Below are positions 22,894 to 31,516 of a stretch of DNA of 32,000 nt, one piece after another; within the stretch, counting starts at the first letter, position 1, and every line of letters starts with the position of its first letter. The notes under the pieces were generated by a model, which was not told the DNA's origin, did no database searches, and saw nothing but the letters and a program-made list of their open reading frames with translations. Location of the stretch: positions 50,605 through 82,604 of the forward strand of contig CAZFVS010000001.1 of NCBI GenBank assembly GCA_964522265.1, read 5' to 3'. The stretch is from an uncultured Gammaproteobacteria bacterium (lineage in GTDB: Bacteria; Patescibacteriota; Microgenomatia; Daviesbacterales; UBA10151). Position numbers and translations under genes: made by a program.

Positions 22894-24696
22894 TTAGGAG
22901 GTTAATAATTCATAATTTAGATATGGGTATTTATCTTTAAAATAGCGTTGGAATAAAAACAGATTCGGGTTTGTAAATAATAAAAAAAAGTAATCTATGT
23001 CTGAAGTTTTCAATTTCTGGGCTGATTTTTGCCTTTGTCTATCTGCACGGATTGTTATTACACGGTTTGATGGCTTGATAATTCTCCGATCCGAATTAAA
23101 GATTTTTACTAAGTACTGAACATAACCAGAGTTAAGTTTATACAAAGATTTATCCCCTATGATTAGATGATAAATTAAATCATATCTTCCTGCGAGCAAA
23201 GTATTGGCTTCTAGGCTTTGTGCAGTCTCAATCATGTTTGGTTCTGCAAAGAGCAATATTACGTGAGCATTAGCGGGAGTTTGATTTTGTATTTTAATGA
23301 TTAATGAAGTCCATGCTTGTTGATCAACACTGTCTTTAATAGAATTTTTTATAATTAGATCAAAGTGAGGAATTAATAAAAGAAATAACAAACCGGAGTA
23401 AAGTATACCCTTAATATTATCAAAATTAATTGTTTTGGACAACTTTTGAGCAACCATAAAAATAAGTAGCACAATAAATATTAGGAAAATGTTTAGGAGC
23501 GTAAAAAACAATCCTCGTGCTGGATAAATTAATATAAATGATAATAAGACTAAACTAGTACTGGGCTTTTTAAGGAGGATTTTTTGGATGAATGGCATAA
23601 ATGGTGAAAGAACCTGCGCGAACAGTAGAGCAGTTAGAAAATTTGATGGAACAATATAGTGTCCAATTAGGCTACGATTAGTAAGGTAGTAAAAAGCAAT
23701 TGAAAACACAGTAGATAGCAGTAGAGAAAAGAATAGGAATAAAAACTTAAAATTTAGCAATAAGCCGGTAATAGAAATTTCTTGGATAAAACGTTTACCC
23801 ATAAAGTATAAAAAAAAGACAAATATCAAAAGAGGTATCCATAAACCTGAAAAAAAAGTAGGAAGTATTTGAGGTATAAAGTTTTTAAGATAATCAATTA
23901 AGTTTGGTAATAAATAGCTATTTTGAAATGAATATCCGGGGTTATTTAATGAGTAGCTAAGTTTTAAGAACACTACAAAAATCAAAAATAAGATTAAAGC
24001 TGCCATATGAGGAAGTAAGTATTTGATATTAGATATGAAATGTGATCTATAATTATAAAAGGAAATTTTTGAATCATCGTATAAGATTAAAGCAGGTATC
24101 ACTACCCAGCATACCAAAAAGGTTTCTTTGGAAAGCACGGCTAGTAACATCAAGATTGCCGAAGCAATACTACCCCGTATATTTTTAAATGTAAGTAAAA
24201 CAAAAAATGATGCCATTGCGAAAAAAATTCCTTTTGGCTCAGAGGTTTGATAGTTAGTCCATATGTCTAGAGGAGCTACCATCAACCCAACAGATAAAAG
24301 AGTTGATAGAAAGACAGATAAACCCATACGTATACAAATTAAATAGAATAACCCGACTGAAAAGGATAAAAATATTATGAATTCGAGTCTCCAAATGTCA
24401 GGATTGTTCCCGGCAGCATGAGCCATAACACGAAATAGATAAAAATCAACGATATTAAACCTGCCAGTAGTTTGATAATATTTCTTATAACTAGAAATAA
24501 AATTATTAGGAAAAGCACCCAATTCTTGTAAATATAACGGTATTTCTCTACTGCGCACATTGTTATCAGTTTGTAAACGGAAATACCAATTAACATCACT
24601 TTGCAATAGAATTTTATAATTTGGGAAAAAATGCAACAAAATAGCAAAAAGAAAAAATGAGCATAAAACTTTAAATACAAAGTTAAGGCATATCAT
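22894..24696 (-). CDS. Polytopic integral membrane protein (600 aa, at least 10 hydrophobic segments plus a ~140-aa C-terminal soluble domain); candidate GT-C fold glycosyltransferase
   Basis: Hydrophobic segments run through residues ~1-455, followed by a soluble tail. Size and topology resemble ArnT/PMT-type GT-C enzymes, and a polyprenyl-phosphate-sugar-synthase-like GT2 lies nearby. No signature motif was verified. Confidence 0.45.
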   Translation of the reverse strand: MICLNFVFKVLCSFFLFAILLHFFPNYKILLQSDVNWYFRLQTDNNVRSREIPLYLQELGAFPNNFISSYKKYYQTTGRFNIVDFYLFRVMAHAAGNNPDIWRLEFIIFLSFSVGLFYLICIRMGLSVFLSTLLSVGLMVAPLDIWTNYQTSEPKGIFFAMASFFVLLTFKNIRGSIASAILMLLAVLSKETFLVCWVVIPALILYDDSKISFYNYRSHFISNIKYLLPHMAALILFLIFVVFLKLSYSLNNPGYSFQNSYLLPNLIDYLKNFIPQILPTFFSGLWIPLLIFVFFLYFMGKRFIQEISITGLLLNFKFLFLFFSLLLSTVFSIAFYYLTNRSLIGHYIVPSNFLTALLFAQVLSPFMPFIQKILLKKPSTSLVLLSFILIYPARGLFFTLLNIFLIFIVLLIFMVAQKLSKTINFDNIKGILYSGLLFLLLIPHFDLIIKNSIKDSVDQQAWTSLIIKIQNQTPANAHVILLFAEPNMIETAQSLEANTLLAGRYDLIYHLIIGDKSLYKLNSGYVQYLVKIFNSDRRIIKPSNRVITIRADRQRQKSAQKLKTSDIDYFFLLFTNPNLFLFQRYFKDKYPYLNYELLTS

Positions 24697-24697
24697 C

Positions 24698-25408
24698 TTA
24701 TTTAATTTTTATACTTGAGGATATGATTATACCTCCGAGGGTATTTATTAGTGGTAATTTTCCTAAATATTTGTCTGAGTATCTAATGAACTTCTTGTTT
24801 AATGAAATATTTAAATTATAGAGAAGATGTGGTGGTATATATCCCTTAACTGAAATAGAAGGAGTAAAATTTGCATTATTGAGCCACCTATTTAAATCCG
24901 CCTTATTTATCAAGTGATTTTTGTGTCCCTCGTCATCATAAAGTTTATAAAATCTCATCATTAGGTCAAATATAAACCTTACTGGAGAATCGTGAGGGTC
25001 TAATGTAAAAAATAATCCGTTATCTTTTAATTTCGATTTAATCCATTTAACGAATATTTCTTGGTCAACTGCTTTGTAAAAATTACTAGAAACGATATTT
25101 TTTTCATATTTATCCCAGTCATTTTTGAAATGTTTAATTTGTTCAAACTTATCTTTAGAAGCATGTGTAGATTGATTAATTATTTTGAGTTTGTATTTTT
25201 TAGTAAAAGGAAAATATAAATCGTTTCGCCTTAGATTGAATGGTAGCAAGTCTAGGATTGAATCTTCTATCCGAAACCAAGCACGACACTCCCTACAGGT
25301 TAATACACCATCTATAATTTCATTATCTTTTGATTTAAATTTTTTAACACTGAAGTTATTTGTATGACACTGCGGGCATAAAATAAATTTTAATATATGC
25401 AGCCTCAT
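24698..25408 (-). CDS. Trm112-like zinc-ribbon protein with a methyltransferase-like C-terminal region that lacks the SAM-binding core
   Basis: The N-terminal CPQCHTNNF...LTCRECRAWFRIEDSILDLLP is a CxxC...CxxC Trm112-type ribbon. No GxGxG motif I follows. Sequence resumes with LKDNGLFFTLDPHDSP, which resembles the post-motif-III region of class I methyltransferases. ATGA overlap with the upstream gene. Confidence 0.55.
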   Translation of the reverse strand: MRLHILKFILCPQCHTNNFSVKKFKSKDNEIIDGVLTCRECRAWFRIEDSILDLLPFNLRRNDLYFPFTKKYKLKIINQSTHASKDKFEQIKHFKNDWDKYEKNIVSSNFYKAVDQEIFVKWIKSKLKDNGLFFTLDPHDSPVRFIFDLMMRFYKLYDDEGHKNHLINKADLNRWLNNANFTPSISVKGYIPPHLLYNLNISLNKKFIRYSDKYLGKLPLINTLGGIIISSSIKIK

Positions 25409-26418
25409 GCATTTTTTTTAAAGGCTAACAATTTTTCAGCTATCTTAATAGTTCTTAGCCCATCAATACCCTCAACTAAAAATGGCTTATTTTCTAAGAC
25501 ACTATTTACAAAAGCTTTTAGTTCAAGCTTTAAAGGTTCATCCCGGGCGATATAATATCTGATCATATTTCCTTCAGCCATTCCCCTAAAGATTTGTAAA
25601 CTGCCCCAAGGACCCGGTGTATAATTATTTTCATAAAAATATAAATCTTGGGAAAGAAAATCAGCCAAAAACATACCTTTTTCACAATTAATTATCAAAT
25701 CCCGGATTTTAGTTGGACTTAGCCAATTTTCTATCATCACGCCAATTATGCCATTTTTAAATCTAACGAGCGCAGTTGCTAAATCTTCATGTCCTTTATT
25801 TAAAAATCTTGAGGTTTCGATAGAAAAATTTTTAATTTTAGACTTAGTAAGATAATACATAATATCTATGTCGTGAGTTGCAAGATCTAAAATTACACCA
25901 ACATCTTTAATTCTATGCGGGAATGGTCCGATTCGTCTGATTGTTATTTGGAAAATCTTTCCTGCCTGATTATTATCCAGGTATTTTTTTAATAACGTAA
26001 TCACTGGGTTAAACCTTTCAACATGGCCAACACCTAATTTAACCTTGTATTTTTTTGCCAATTTTATGATTATGTTAGCGTCTTTAACGGTTGCTGCAAT
26101 AGGTTTTTCGATCAGTGTGTGAATTTTTTTGGAGATAGTATCTTTGGCAACGGTTAAATGCAAGCCAGTCGGTACAGCTATAGAAACAATATCTAAATCC
26201 TCATTATCTAACATTTTTTTATAATTGGAGTATGTTTTTAAAAAGAACTGCGAATAAATATTATGAAGCAATTTTGAATTGATATCTGCAACTGCAACCA
26301 ATTTTATGTTTTTAAGCTGGGAGTATACACGGATATGATTTTGACCCATGTTACCTGCCCCAATAACACCAACCTTAAGTTGTGGTATAGCAGAAGAGTG
26401 AGAAGTAGCTTTTCCCAT
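25405..26418 (-). CDS. Gfo/Idh/MocA-family NAD-dependent sugar oxidoreductase (WbpB/WlbA-like nucleotide-sugar 3-dehydrogenase candidate)
   Basis: LKVGVIGAGNMGQNHIRVY...LVAVADIN...IVSIAVPTGLHLTVAKDTISKKIHTLIEKPIA is the family N-terminal pattern. It sits in the same gene string as an aminotransferase and an acetyltransferase. Confidence 0.7.
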   Translation of the reverse strand: MGKATSHSSAIPQLKVGVIGAGNMGQNHIRVYSQLKNIKLVAVADINSKLLHNIYSQFFLKTYSNYKKMLDNEDLDIVSIAVPTGLHLTVAKDTISKKIHTLIEKPIAATVKDANIIIKLAKKYKVKLGVGHVERFNPVITLLKKYLDNNQAGKIFQITIRRIGPFPHRIKDVGVILDLATHDIDIMYYLTKSKIKNFSIETSRFLNKGHEDLATALVRFKNGIIGVMIENWLSPTKIRDLIINCEKGMFLADFLSQDLYFYENNYTPGPWGSLQIFRGMAEGNMIRYYIARDEPLKLELKAFVNSVLENKPFLVEGIDGLRTIKIAEKLLAFKKNA

Positions 26419-26427
26419 TAGTTATAG

Positions 26428-27123
26428 TTAGTTTGCTAAAAGTTTTAGTAACATTAACTGATAGATTCCCCTAAAAGCTCTAACCAGGACATTTTTTCTG
26501 GAAGGTCGAATTTCTTTTATTACAACCGGAATCTCTAAAATTTTAAGTGAGGCACTTGTTGCTTTTAAAATAAATTCGGTATCAAATTCCTCACCGCCAA
26601 ATTTGCAATTCTTAATTATGTTTATCACATCCTTTTTTCTGGCAACCTTAATTCCATGAGTATCTGTGATATGAAATCCAAAAAGAAATCTAATTATTTT
26701 TGAATATAATAGCCCTCCCGTTTTTCTTAAAAATGGCCGTTGATCCAGACTTAGGTGAGAGTTTTTTGTGGCAACAATAATGCTGTATTGTTGAATTTCA
26801 GTTAAAGCTTTTTTGAGAAAATTTAAATCTATCCAATCAGCGCTAAAATTTACCAGAATATCTTTAGTGCTTGTTAAGTACCCTTTTTTGACGGCATTAC
26901 CATAGTTTGCCTCTGTCATATGCAAAGTTTTAACATTTTGGTTTTTTTTAGAGAGCTGATCTGAGATTATGGCAGAAGCATCTGTGCTTCCGTTTTCCAC
27001 CAGTATTATTTCAAAATTTAATGTAATTTTTTTAAGGTCACTGATAAGTTTAAGAACAACTTTTTCTATCTGCTCTACTTCGTTGTAAATTGGAATAGTG
27101 ATTGAAATACTAGGTTTAATCAT
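26428..27123 (-). CDS. GT2 glycosyltransferase, short soluble Dpm1/GtrB/ArnC-like (polyprenyl-phosphate sugar synthase type)
   Basis: ISITIPIYNEVEQIEKVV...FEIILVENGSTDAS...ANYGNAVKKG...SADW. 231 aa with no TM segment. 8-nt overlap with the upstream SDR gene. Confidence 0.7.
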   Translation of the reverse strand: MIKPSISITIPIYNEVEQIEKVVLKLISDLKKITLNFEIILVENGSTDASAIISDQLSKKNQNVKTLHMTEANYGNAVKKGYLTSTKDILVNFSADWIDLNFLKKALTEIQQYSIIVATKNSHLSLDQRPFLRKTGGLLYSKIIRFLFGFHITDTHGIKVARKKDVINIIKNCKFGGEEFDTEFILKATSASLKILEIPVVIKEIRPSRKNVLVRAFRGIYQLMLLKLLAN

Positions 27124-28069
27124 TTCTTAAATACCAACTGGTTGTAATTTTAAGTCCTTTATCCAGATGCCACCTGGGTATATATTTTAAATATCTTTCT
27201 GCTTTTTTGATATTCGGTCTAAACTCATCAATATCTCCGGTTCTTCTTTTGGTGTAATTAGGTTTTAAATTTGAATTGAATTCTTTTAATATCAAATTTG
27301 CTAATTTATTGACTGAAGTGATTTCAGTTGTCCCTATATTAAATATCTCTCCACGGCTTTTATTGCTAATTGCAGCAAGGATATTAGCCCTTACAACATC
27401 ATCTACATAAGTAAAACATCTCTCCTGTTTTCCGGTCCCCTCTATTATAGGTGGAAAATTTTGAGCCACCCGTGTAATAAATATTGGTATAACCCCCCCT
27501 TTTTCTTTTGAGTTTTGCCTAGGGCCGTAAACATTATAGTAACGAAGAGAGGTAGTATTCAGACCATACAATTTATTCCAAAGTAAAACATATTTTTCTG
27601 CTGCAAGTTTACTAATTCCATAAGGAGAGACCGGTTCTAGGGGATGATTTTCATCCTGCGGTTGATACTTTGGTTCCCCATAAACCGAACCCGTAGAGCT
27701 AAAAATTAATTTCGGTCTTTTTTTCATTTTTTTTATGGATTCTAAGATATTCAACATACCTAAAATTGTAGTGCTAATGTCTTTTTTTGGATTCTCTAGT
27801 GAAGTTAATAAATTACCGGCTGCTAAGTGAAAAATATAGTCGCAACCTTTGTTTACAATTAATTCTTCAACCAATTTTCTATTAATTACAGACCCCTTAA
27901 TTATTTTTAGATTTTTGGATTTTTCAGACCTTTCTAAATTTTTTAAATAACCGTTAGAGAAATCATCCAAAACAATAACATTGTTTTTAAGTTCAATTAA
28001 TTTATCTGTTAAATGACTGCCTATAAATCCCGCCCCTCCGGTTACAAGACAATGTTTATTTAATATCAT
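27116..28069 (-). CDS. NAD-dependent nucleotide-sugar epimerase/dehydratase (GalE/WbpP-like)
   Basis: LVTGGAGFIGSHLTDKLI, FHLAA, SSTGSVYG, SPYGISK (YxxxK), RYYNVYGPRQ. Confidence 0.8.
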   Translation of the reverse strand: MILNKHCLVTGGAGFIGSHLTDKLIELKNNVIVLDDFSNGYLKNLERSEKSKNLKIIKGSVINRKLVEELIVNKGCDYIFHLAAGNLLTSLENPKKDISTTILGMLNILESIKKMKKRPKLIFSSTGSVYGEPKYQPQDENHPLEPVSPYGISKLAAEKYVLLWNKLYGLNTTSLRYYNVYGPRQNSKEKGGVIPIFITRVAQNFPPIIEGTGKQERCFTYVDDVVRANILAAISNKSRGEIFNIGTTEITSVNKLANLILKEFNSNLKPNYTKRRTGDIDEFRPNIKKAERYLKYIPRWHLDKGLKITTSWYLRND

Positions 28070-28075
28070 GTTCTT

Positions 28076-29152
28076 TCAATCTATTATTTTAAGTATGTTT
28101 TGTGAAATATAATTTAACTCCGCCTTTTTTAAAAGAGGGTGGATTGGAATAGATAAAACCTGTTTACAGATTTGTTCCACCACGGGAAATTTTTCTTTTT
28201 TTGACACTAAATTTTGATAAATTTTATATTTATAAATAGGTTTTGGGTAATATATCTCAGAGGATATACCTCTATCTTTAAGTAATTTCTTAATTTTATC
28301 TCTTTTTTTATTAAACCTTAAGGTGTATTGATGAAATACATGGTTTCTATTTGAAGGTTGTATTGGGGTGATTAAATTCTGAAAAGAGGCATTATAGTAT
28401 ATTGCATTTTTGAGACGCTGTTGATTCATTTTATTCAATCTACTCAGTTGTGTTAGACCTATTGCAGCTTGAATTTCAGTCATCCGGAAATTATACCCCA
28501 AAAGTTTATAAGAATATTTTCTGTTCATGCCATGATTTCTTAATAGGCTTAAATTTTTAGCTAAATTAGTATTATTGGTAGTTATCATACCCCCTTCTCC
28601 TGTTGTCATATTTTTTGTAGGATAAAATGAGAAACAACCAAGATGGCCAATTGACCCCACACGGCTATTTCCGAATTTTGCACCATGTGCCTGACAAGCA
28701 TCCTCTAAAATATAAAGTTGATATTTTTTTGCAATCTTTATAATTTTATCCATCTGGGCAGATAAACCATAAAGATGAACAGGCAGAATAACTTTAGTTT
28801 TTTTAGTTATTTTTTTTTCTATTTCATCAGGATTAATATTAAAGTCATCTGCAGTTATATCCGCAAACACAGGCTTTGCGCCGCAGTAGAGGATTGAATT
28901 GACTGTTGCTACAAATGTAAAAGGTGTAGTGATGACCTCGTCACCCCTGCCTATCCTAAGTGCCATTAATGATAAGTAAAGTGCTATGGTACCGTTTGTA
29001 ACGGCAACTGCATATTTTGTTCCAATGTATTGTGCAAACTCATGCTCAAATTTTTCAATGTACTCACCTTGAGTAAGTTTGCCGGAGAGTAGAATAGCTT
29101 GCAATAGTTTCAGATCGGTTTTGCGGATATCAGGTTTAGCAATTGGGATCAT
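28076..29152 (-). CDS. DegT/DnrJ/EryC1/StrS-family PLP-dependent sugar aminotransferase (canonical Lys)
   Basis: The ORF-track start at 29170 is TTG. ATG at 29152 (MIPIAKPDI) gives an ATGA junction with the acetyltransferase stop. EDACQAHGA and FSFYPTKNMTTGEGG (Lys present) are found. Confidence 0.85.
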   Translation of the reverse strand: MIPIAKPDIRKTDLKLLQAILLSGKLTQGEYIEKFEHEFAQYIGTKYAVAVTNGTIALYLSLMALRIGRGDEVITTPFTFVATVNSILYCGAKPVFADITADDFNINPDEIEKKITKKTKVILPVHLYGLSAQMDKIIKIAKKYQLYILEDACQAHGAKFGNSRVGSIGHLGCFSFYPTKNMTTGEGGMITTNNTNLAKNLSLLRNHGMNRKYSYKLLGYNFRMTEIQAAIGLTQLSRLNKMNQQRLKNAIYYNASFQNLITPIQPSNRNHVFHQYTLRFNKKRDKIKKLLKDRGISSEIYYPKPIYKYKIYQNLVSKKEKFPVVEQICKQVLSIPIHPLLKKAELNYISQNILKIID

Positions 29153-29721
29153 CTTTTTTTGGCCAGGCAATCTTTACATTTTAAAATCTTAGGTTTAATT
29201 GGTATTTTTGTTAAAATTTGGCTGCATTTACAAACAAAACCAATAATTCTTGCAGGGTTGCCAAGAGCCAAAGCATGGGCGGGTAAACTTTTTGTGACAA
29301 TTGACCCTGCCCCTATCAGTGCAAAATCTCCTATGCTGACACCCGGCAAGATTATTGATCCCGCCCCTATAGACGCTCCTTTTTTCACAACACTTTTGGA
29401 TATGAGCCATTCCTTTTCTGTTTTTAGGATCCCTTCTGGGGTAGTGGAGCGGGGGAATTTATCATTAGTGAGTGTTACAGCGGGGCCTATAAATACATTG
29501 TTTTCTATTGTTACACCCTGGTAAATATTAGAATTGTTTTGGATTTTGACATTACTGCCAATTTGTACACCTTGGTCTACATATACCCCTTTTCCGAAAA
29601 TGCAATTTTTTCCAATCCTGACATTCTCCCGAATTAGAGTATAATGCCAAATTTTTGTGTTTTTTCCGATTTTTACTTTTGGAGATACTTCTGCCGTGTC
29701 ATGAATAAATGCGATATCCAT
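29149..29721 (-). CDS. Left-handed beta-helix (hexapeptide) sugar N-acetyltransferase, WbpD/WlbB-like, with a C-terminal CxC-x15-CxxC ribbon
   Basis: The ORF-track start at 29724 is TTG. ATG at 29721 gives a 1-nt TGATG junction. Hexapeptide repeats: IGKNTKIWHYTLIRENVRIGKNCIFGKGVYVDQGVQIGSNVKIQNNSNIYQGVTIENNVFIGPAVTLTNDKFPRS. The tail is FVCKCSQILTKIPIKPKILKCKDCLAKKR. Confidence 0.8.
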   Translation of the reverse strand: MDIAFIHDTAEVSPKVKIGKNTKIWHYTLIRENVRIGKNCIFGKGVYVDQGVQIGSNVKIQNNSNIYQGVTIENNVFIGPAVTLTNDKFPRSTTPEGILKTEKEWLISKSVVKKGASIGAGSIILPGVSIGDFALIGAGSIVTKSLPAHALALGNPARIIGFVCKCSQILTKIPIKPKILKCKDCLAKKR

Positions 29722-30584
29722 CAACTAAAACCTCCATCCCATATTGGTTTTATTGCTAAAGCTTGACGCTTATTTTTTATAAATTTTTTATAAGGATTTT
29801 GAATAAATTTAGGTAATAGGGGAAAGATCATTGAAGCCGCGCTTATTCTGATTTTTTGAAGTAATACTTGGTTTTGTAAGCCATATTGTTTCATGAGCCT
29901 TTCCCTGTCTTTAAACAACTTTTCAGTTCTATTTACCGCTGCACTATGATCCTCCAGAGGATGATGGAACATATTAATTCTGCAAAATTTTACTTTTGCG
30001 CCAGAGTAAATTGCTTTTGCAAGATAATCATTATCCAGTGATAATGATTCAGAGGAGAACAAACCTGTAAGTGAAAAAGCAGACCTTTTTATTATCATCC
30101 CCAGTCCGCATCCACCATAGCGGAACACATCGGCAACTTCTTTGCCATAATTTACTCCGGGGGGGGCATAAGCATTCCATTTTCTCCTTCCTCGGGCTTT
30201 TGTGCCTCCACAAAGCAGCACATCAATATCCGGATTTTCTTCCATGACTTCGATAGCCTCTTCGATAGCCTCTTTATAAAAGGTATCGTCATCAGTAAGG
30301 ATTTTAATATATTTCCCGCTGGCTAGTAACACGCCTTTATTGGTAGCATGGCTTTCACTAATATCATCTTCCGAAACAAAAAGACTAACTATTTTTTTAT
30401 ATTTATTAATAACACTTAGTGTCTGATCAGTGGAGTTACCATCTATAATTATCAATTCATCATTTAGTCCAATTAAAGTTTGGTGTATGATCAGAGTTTT
30501 TTCTAAATATTTTGCTCTATTTTTTGTTGCCAAAAGAAAGGATACTCTTTTGGTTGCTTTGGAATCAAAAGAATTTTTAGACAT
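29721..30584 (-). CDS. GT2 glycosyltransferase
   Basis: VSFLLATKNRAKYLEKTL...ELIIIDGNSTDQT...ILTDDD is the GT-A N-terminal and DxD region. It contains a C8 tract in frame (A140-P141-P142). Confidence 0.75.
   Translation of the reverse strand: MSKNSFDSKATKRVSFLLATKNRAKYLEKTLIIHQTLIGLNDELIIIDGNSTDQTLSVINKYKKIVSLFVSEDDISESHATNKGVLLASGKYIKILTDDDTFYKEAIEEAIEVMEENPDIDVLLCGGTKARGRRKWNAYAPPGVNYGKEVADVFRYGGCGLGMIIKRSAFSLTGLFSSESLSLDNDYLAKAIYSGAKVKFCRINMFHHPLEDHSAAVNRTEKLFKDRERLMKQYGLQNQVLLQKIRISAASMIFPLLPKFIQNPYKKFIKNKRQALAIKPIWDGGFS
30159..30166 (-). repeat. C8 (G8 on the plus strand) homopolymer inside the intact GT2 coding sequence
   Basis: Read directly: GCC CCC CCC GGA encodes APPG. Position was computed from the ORF-track frame and agrees with the numbered sequence. 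Confidence 0.9.
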
Positions 30585-31503
30585 TAGAATAAAACGGTTC
30601 TTTTGACAATAAAGGATATGTTTTAATCAATTCTTTGATTCCTTCGTCTATTGTAATTGAAGTATAGAAACCAAGAGAATTAATTTTTTTAAAACTTACG
30701 GCATAATTTCTCTTATCACTATCTTCGCCGATTGACGAATAATTTACATGTACTTTAATCCTTTGTTTTATTAAGTCGCATACTTCTTTTTTACTAAAAC
30801 TTAAATTGTCAGAACCAATGTTATAAATTTGGTTTTTCATTTTTTCTGAGTTTTCAATGGCAAAACACAAAGCTTTACCCATATCTGAAACATGAATAAA
30901 AGTCCTCTTGTAATGTTTCTCGTATACTACCAGGTAACCTTGGGAAAGAGCCCTATATGTAAAATCATTGATGAGTAAATCCAGTCGTAATCTGGGTGAA
31001 ATTCCAAAAGCAGTTGCAAAACGATAGACAATTACATTTCCCCGTTTTAATAACAATTGCTCACCCAGGCTTTTTGTCTGGCCGTACAGGCTTAGAGGTT
31101 TTAGTGGGGTTTTTTCCGTTGCAATCTCACGTACGTATCCGTAACCGCTGCCGGTAGATGCAAAAATAACAAGTTGGCTTTTTTCAGTTATTTTAATAAG
31201 ATTTTTAACCCCTCCGATATTGACATCTTGAGCAAGTTTGGGGTCTTTTCTGCAAGCAGGATAACCGACAATTGCTGCCAGATGTATGATTATGTCAGCA
31301 TTTTTGACTGCCTTTTTAACATCGTTATAACTTCTTATATCTCCTTTTTGAAATTCAAAATTAGCATTTCTAATAAAAGGCAAAAGAGGATTACCTCCAA
31401 AAATTAAACTGTCTAAAACCCTAACCTTATAACCTGTCTCAAGTAATTGTGGAATCAAAGTTGTTCCGATGTATCCTGCTCCTCCGGTGACGAGTACCAT
31501 CAT
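30577..31503 (-). CDS. NAD-dependent epimerase/dehydratase family SDR
   Basis: LVTGGAGYIGTTLIPQLL, HLAA, ASTGSGYG, SLYGQTK (YxxxK). Confidence 0.8.
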   Translation of the reverse strand: MMVLVTGGAGYIGTTLIPQLLETGYKVRVLDSLIFGGNPLLPFIRNANFEFQKGDIRSYNDVKKAVKNADIIIHLAAIVGYPACRKDPKLAQDVNIGGVKNLIKITEKSQLVIFASTGSGYGYVREIATEKTPLKPLSLYGQTKSLGEQLLLKRGNVIVYRFATAFGISPRLRLDLLINDFTYRALSQGYLVVYEKHYKRTFIHVSDMGKALCFAIENSEKMKNQIYNIGSDNLSFSKKEVCDLIKQRIKVHVNYSSIGEDSDKRNYAVSFKKINSLGFYTSITIDEGIKELIKTYPLLSKEPFYSNV

Positions 31504-31516
31504 AATAATGAACTAT

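Noticed and set aside
24375-24680. 101-aa ORF nested in another frame of the membrane-protein gene, with similar same-strand nested ORFs at 794..1033, 4121..4321, 11932..12204, 20573..20896 and 29228..29410
   Set aside because: They are out-of-frame ORFs within well-supported genes and have no independent motifs or start context. They are treated as chance ORFs.
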